Origin: Octopus vulgaris
Lineage: Eukaryota
Direction of reading: 5' to 3'
DNA: 64,000 nucleotides
Assembly (NCBI GenBank): GCA_951406725.2
Contig: OX597827.1
Span: forward strand, 68,510,001-68,574,000
Shown here: piece after piece, positions 57,215-64,000 of the stretch
Layout: each line of letters starts with the position of its first letter
Numbering within the stretch: position 1 is the stretch's first letter
Notes under the pieces: generated by a model
The model's input: only the letters and a program-made list of their open reading frames with translations
What the model was told of the DNA's origin: nothing
Databases searched by the model: none
Translations under genes and position numbers: made by a program

Positions 57215-58185
57215 ATCCTTTCTACTAAAGGCACATAGCCTGAAATTTGGTGGGTGGGACGTAATCGACTAGTGGTGGTGGTGGACGTGGTCGTGGTGGA
57301 CGGGGTGGTGATGGTGGTGGGGGGGTGATGATGATAGGGGTCAAGGTAGACGTCGTCGTTGTCGTCGTCGTCGTCGTCGTAGTGGACACCACCACCACCA
57401 TTACCACCACTACCACCGAAAACAACATCACCACCAGTATCAGCAGCAGCACCACCACCACGACCATCGACCCCGAAAGGATGAAAGACAAAGTCGACCT
57501 CAGCGGAATTTGAACTCAGAAGAAAAAGACGGACGAAATGCCGCTAAGCATGTCGTCCGGGCGGAAATGATTCTGCCTGTTCAGCAATAATAATAATCCT
57601 TTCTAGTACAAGGACAAAGACTAAAATTTTGTGGGAGGGTATTAGTTGATTGCAGTGATCCCAATGCTTGATTGGTCCTTATTTTATCGATCCCGAAAGG
57701 ATGAAAGGCAAAGTCGACCCCGGCAGAATTTGAACTCACAACGTAAAGAGCGAGCCGGAATAAATGTCGCTAAGTATTTTATCTAGTACGGTAACGATTC
57801 TAATTTTGATGCAGCGCGAAAAATTTTTAGGGTATCACTTTGTCCCCGGTTCTTAACTGGTACTTATTTTATCAACCCCGAAAGGATGAAAAGCATAATC
57901 GACCTTGGTAGCGTTTGAACAGAGAAGCTTAAGAATTGGAAGAAATGCCGCCAAACAGTTTTTGGTGCGTGCTATCGATTCATTTCTACTCTAGGCACAG
58001 GGCCCGAAATTTTGGGGGAGGGGGCTAGTCAATTAGATCGACCGCAATACGCAACTGGTACTTAATTTATCGACCCTGAAAGGATGAAAGGCAAAGTTGA
58101 TCTCGGCGGAATTTGAACTCAGAACAGACGAAATAACGCTAAGCATTTCGCCCGGTGTGCTAACGTTTCTGTCAACTCGTCGCCT
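57215..58185 (-). mobile_element. Cluster of SINE family B copies, one interrupted by GGT/GTC/CAC repeats
   Basis: Four B cores on the minus strand. Confidence 0.8.
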
Positions 58186-58241
58186 GTTCGTGAAATTAGC
58201 CTGTTTGTGCATGTGGCTGAGTACTCCACAGACATATATAC

Positions 58242-58323
<82 letters not shown>

Positions 58324-58581
58324 CATACATATGCATATATATATATATATATATATACATATATACATTTGTATATATATATGTATATATATGTATGTAT
58401 ACATATGTATATATATGTATATATTTATATATACATATATACATATACATGAATATATATATACATATATACATATATATATATACATACATATATACAT
58501 ATACGTATATAATTATACATATATACATATACAAATATACATATATATGTATATAAATATACATGTACACACACAGACACA

Positions 58582-58655
<74 letters not shown>

Positions 58656-58849
58656 CATTTATATAAACCAGAGACTGACTGCAGCTATCACATATAGTAA
58701 ACGAAGGAAGAAACGAAAAAAAAGACTAAATATAATTAAAGACGATTAAATTGATTCGTGTCGGAGGGCTTATAAAAGGTCATGGGCGGTGCTCCTCCTT
58801 CCAGTGTAAGCATGTAGGGGCAGGCATGATTGTTTTGTTAAGACGTCGC

Positions 58850-59240
58850 TTCCGGCCTCATGGTTTCGGGTTCCGTCTCACCACGTGGCATCTTCGGTAA
58901 AAATTTGCTACTATGGCCCCCGGGCAGCAAAGACTTGTGTGTGAATTTTGTGACGGAAACTGAAAGAAGCCCGTCGAATATATTAGTGTGTGTGTGTGTG
59001 TGTTTGCATGCGTGTCATTGGGTCTGTGTTTTTTGTTTCCCCACACCGCTTGACAACCGATGCTAGTTTGTTTACGTCCTTGCAACTTAACTTCGGCAAA
59101 AGAGGATGATAGAATAAATACCAGACTTTTAGAAGCCAAGACAAATAAGTAATGGATTCGATTGATTCTACCAAAAAAACAAATGGCACAGCGGTGCTAC
59201 AGCATGGTCGCGGTCTAGCGACTGAAATGAATAAAAGACA
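58850..59240 (+). mobile_element. Diverged SINE family A copy
   Basis: Recognisable body and tail with many substitutions. Confidence 0.75.
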
Positions 59241-60085
59241 AAAAAAAAAATTATAAAAAGAAGAATTAAATTAGGAGAAAAAAATCTGCTGAGAGAGACG
59301 CCAGAGGAAACCTACTTTGGCCGCTTAACACCAAGAGGAGTGGCGTGAGATTGCTGATGTGGAAAATTAACATTTTTATGTTTTCTTGGTCCTATTCTTA
59401 TTTTATATAATGAAAACATGTATTGATTGGCTAATGTACATATATATATATGTATATTGATTAGTTATAATTTTCAATAGAATCCAGGCACCTGAACACG
59501 GAGGGCGCCAGCAATGGTTAGGTTCAATAAACAATTGGTTCACAGTGAGATTAAACATCCATGAAGGCTTTAGGTGTCTGTGGGATACTACAGATATGTA
59601 AGTATCAAATACAATTTAATCCGTAGAATCGATCAGGGTTGGTTCAAGGTGCGGCGTGGGTATAAAGAAAGGAACACCATTTGCACTCTTTTTTATTCAT
59701 AGTTACATAAATGTGGGGTGGGGGGTTGCCTCCACTACCACCAAGCATGAGTACTAGGCTTATAAAGCAAGTACTGGTGCCAATATTTTCGTCTAAACTC
59801 TTCAAGGCGGTACCCCAGCTTGGCCGCCGCTCAACGGCTACAACAAATAAAAGATTAACAGTATAACAAGCAAGTATATTATAAGCTAGGTTACTGTTTC
59901 AGCTACGGTCAACAGATGTCGAGCAAACTTATGACGTTCCAGCAATGGCCATCCCACTTATTTGTGTGTGTATATATTTGTTTTGTGGGGGCAAATAACC
60001 AAACCATTTCATTTTTCTTGCTTTGCCGTTTTCTCTTTTTTTTTTTTGTCTGTCAGAATATAGTGCGCAATTTCAACAGAATTTC

Positions 60086-60610
60086 ACTCTTATTTCTTAT
60101 TTCTTTATTGCCCACAAGGGGATAAACATAGAGGGAGCAAACAAGGACAGACAAAGGGATTAAGTCGATTACATCGACCCCAGTGCGTAACTGGTACTTA
60201 ATTTATCGACCCCGAAAGGAGGAAAGGCAAAGTCGACCTCGGCGGAATTTGAACTGAGAATGTAGCGGTACACGAAATACCTATTTCTTTGTTACCCACA
60301 AGGGGCTAAACATAGAGGAGACAAACATGGACAGACATAGGTATTAAGTCGATTATATCGATCCCAGTGCGTAACTGGTACTTAATTTATCGACCCCGAA
60401 AGGAGGAAAGGCAAAGTCGACCTCGGCGGAATTTGAACTGAGAATGTAGCGGTACACGAAATACCGCTAAGCATTTCGCCCGGCGTGCTAACGATTCTTA
60501 TTTCTTTATTGCCCGCAAGGGGCTAAACATAGAGGGAACAAACAGGGATAAAAGGATTCAGTCAATTACGTCGACCCCACTGCGTAACGATTCTGCTAGC
60601 TCGCCGCCTT
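60086..60610 (-). mobile_element. SINE family B nested array
   Basis: Three tail modules joined to internal SINE positions GGTATTTCG and GAATCGTTAG. Confidence 0.85.
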
Positions 60611-60937
60611 TCACTCTTATTTCTAGCAGGTAGACGACCTGTATATAAGCTTTCTAGGTACTACGGCCACCGGTTGTTAAGTTATGGAAATATATTCACC
60701 CGATGTAACCAGTAAACGCTGAGCGCTCCATGTCTATGAAAAAACGTTGTTTTCAAAGCTACAAGTGCTATAGAGTGCTGAGTGTGTGTGTGTGTGTGAA
60801 TGTGTGACAGTGTGTGCGTGTGAGTATATATGTATTATGTATATGCATATATGTATGTATTTACATATATACATACATACATTTATATATAAATGCATAC
60901 GTTCATATACATTGATCATACATATGTATATATTTAC

Positions 60938-61034
<97 letters not shown>

Positions 61035-61044
61035 TGTGTGTATA

Positions 61045-61090
<46 letters not shown>

Positions 61091-61288
61091 TACATATTTG
61101 TATGTATGTATGTAGTCTGTATCTGCAAAGATAGGGAATAACATGCATATATGCACATATATTGTACCAGAAACTATTTCAGAAAACTATTAAAAACGCA
61201 CTCTCTCAACTCCGCAATTATTTACAGCGACAGGCGCGGATATACTGACACACACGCACACGTACACACACATACACGCATAAAAATG

Positions 61289-61319
<31 letters not shown>

Positions 61320-61410
61320 TAAGTGAAAAACACATACACATGTACTCACGTGCAAATCGTTAAAATATTGTACTGTGTATATAGAGAGAGATGGCTGCAA
61401 ACATAAAACA

Positions 61411-61445
<35 letters not shown>

Positions 61446-61664
61446 GGCAGGCAGACAGGCAGGCAGGCAGGCAGACAGACAGACAGATGGAGAGAAAGAG
61501 ACAGAGCGAGGTAAGGAGGGAGTAAGAAAGAGAGAGGGAGAGAGAGAGAGAGTGCACAACAGAGAGGACATTGAGATGCAAGCACTGAGAGATTCAGAAT
61601 ATATCTATATACACATATACATCTGTATACCCAAACACAGATACATTTGTATATACATTTACGA

Positions 61665-61752
<88 letters not shown>

Positions 61753-61804
61753 TCCTATATTATATACATCAAATATGTTATGCATATGTACATATTTATA
61801 TTAC

Positions 61805-61843
<39 letters not shown>

Positions 61844-61949
61844 TATATACATATATATATATGCATTATATATATATATATATATATATGCATTGTATAT
61901 ATATATAGAGAGAGAGAGAAAGAGAGATGCGTGAGTGTGTGTATCTATA

Positions 61950-62009
<60 letters not shown>

Positions 62010-62228
62010 TGCATATATACATACACACACACTAAAACAGCTTGGTCCTGAACAGAATGCCTGATGAAAACACAATACATATGTGAATATAATATATATA
62101 TATATATATATATATTTTAGGTATGGTTAAGTTAGACTGTAGTAATGCATTTCTGAAAACACCTTCCCATCTCTCTCTTTCTCTCTCTCTAGTTCTCTTT
62201 CTCACTCTTTTCTCTCTTTCCCTCTGTC

Positions 62229-62259
<31 letters not shown>

Positions 62260-62771
62260 CCGGGGCACAAAGAGAGAAAGGTGAGACGTGACAGGCGATG
62301 TGCTGAGCAGTCTAGAGTACAATGTTATTGTGTTGTATTGCATTGTACTATATACATAAATATATATGCAATGTGCATATATGTATGTATGCATGTATGT
62401 ATGTATGTATGTATGTATGTATGTATGTATGTATGTATGTATGTATGTATGTATGTACGTATGTATGTGTGTATGTGTGTATATATAATAATATAATATA
62501 TAAATATATGCATATATATACATACATATATGTACATACCTGCATATATATGTATGTATACATGCACATATCTGTACAGGGCATCAAAATAACGTTGAAC
62601 ACAATGAGAAACGAAAACATAAAAACAAAAACGTAGAAACGAACTTTTTTCGAACAACGAAAAAAACAGAGAAACAAGACATATGCAACATAAAAATATT
62701 CCCCTTCATCAGTTGTCTCTGTTTCATCTACTCCGCGTTCTGCATATATTTATATATTATTTATATCATTA

Positions 62772-63151
62772 CTAGCAGTATCGCCCGGCGTTGCTCGGGT
62801 TTGTAAGGGAAATAACTATATAAGCATTTTTAGAGATGAAAAGAATAATAGCCATCTCAATATGGTTAACCACAAAGGGGTGGTGGTGTTACTGTAGCTT
62901 TTTACGTTCTGAGATTTAATAATACATTTTTAGAGAGTTACTTCCCTTATATATGCCAAAAATGCATTAAAAATGGGAAAAATTGATGGTAATTTTTTTT
63001 TTAAATCGTGGACTCGATATGAAGGGCTCGATATGAATCACGACTATAAGATACCCGGTTTTTGTTAAAATGCACCGCAAAATGTGGGAGTAGTTAGGAA
63101 TCTAAATCGTAGGAGACAGACAGCACACAACCTCACTTTTATATATAAAGA
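62772..63151 (-). mobile_element. Non-autonomous Helitron H1 variant with an extra internal segment
   Basis: Minus strand A|TC...CCCGAGCAACGCCGGG..CTAG|T; ~62837-62925 is absent from the other two copies. Confidence 0.9.
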
Positions 63152-63734
63152 TATGATCGAACGCCACGCATCATTTTCCAAGTAAATATATATGTATGAG
63201 CGATGTAAGGACTTAACGTCTTCAGTTCAAGTAATTTCATTTTCTAAATCTGAAGAAGGCTACTCTTAACTTTAACTTAACTGCCAAGATGGACGCTACC
63301 CTGTTAGCATATTTGGCGGTTCAACTTACCCACGAGAATACTAGCATTCTGTCCAAGAGGTTTTTCGTCATACGTTCACGTAAAACATAAAAAGTAATCT
63401 AGAATTGTGTTAGCTTCTTATGAACTGCACAGACTTACCATGGTTTATGAGGACTCATTTTTACCTTTTCTAGTGACATTTCTACACAATCGTAGCCACG
63501 CACAAGTCACCAGTGGACAAGCGTCATACCTTGAGCTTTATTACCTGGGTCATAGATCCCTCCCCAAAATGCATATGTAATTTAATTCTATTTACATCTT
63601 TTACGAAATCATAAAACAAGGGCTCTTAAGATTCCAATGGGAATGTTATTTCTATGGTTTAAAATTCTTTATTGGTCTCCGTATCGTTTTGCTTGATGCG
63701 TTTCGTTTAATGTTGGTTTTAATGTAACTTTTAG

Positions 63735-63960
63735 GGGTGTTGGGCTCATGATCATAAGATTATGGGTTCGATTCCGAGACAGGTCGGTGCACCTCGTGTT
63801 CTTAAGCAAGATGCTTTGCTTCACGTTACTGCACTCTGCTCAACAGGAAACGAGTACCAGATGGAACAGGTGGGATGTGTGGTGGTGAGGAGAGTTAAAC
63901 CCTGTAATGGACTATCGTTCTGTACAGAGGAAGAGTCATACTCCATAGAAACCAAGACAA
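63735..63960 (+). mobile_element. Diverged SINE family C copy
   Basis: GGTTCGATTCC B-box-like motif and CCTGTAATGGACT...CCATAGAAACC tail module. Confidence 0.6.
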
Positions 63961-64000
63961 GCTTTGGAGGAGGAAAGGGGAGGAAGAAAGTAATTATAGT

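Noticed and set aside
62690-62742. Minus-strand CTGATGA-AGGGG preceded by GAACGCGGAGTA, a possible type-II hammerhead
   Set aside because: GAAA is missing and stems I and II cannot be formed convincingly in this copy

Overview
AT-rich eukaryotic non-genic DNA made almost entirely of microsatellites and transposable-element pieces. No host-gene exon, rRNA, true tRNA or CRISPR is supported. The repeat content resembles a coleoid cephalopod, probably Octopus (inference from recalled SINE families, not a database match). Recognisable elements are three tRNA-derived SINE families (called A, B and C here), non-autonomous Helitrons, LINE fragments (CR1-group, RTE, Tx1/L1-like and a young R4/Dong copy with an open 489-aa ORF), mariner remnants and Penelope-like (PLE) GIY-YIG remnants. 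The most interesting signal is a ~6 x 645-bp near-identical tandem array (20535-24379) in which every unit carries a minus-strand type-I hammerhead-ribozyme-like fold with an unusually long loop II. It is a candidate retrozyme or PLE pseudo-LTR concatemer. Several more hammerhead-like motifs, intact or decayed, are scattered through the window. The array is preceded by four consecutive fold-backs, including two abutting (TA)n-centred palindromes. Other oddities are SINE arrays that look self-targeted, a 403-bp inverted templated duplication, and retroelement tails each tied to a specific microsatellite. All motifs were read by eye; boundaries of diverged repeats are approximate and ribozyme activity is untested.
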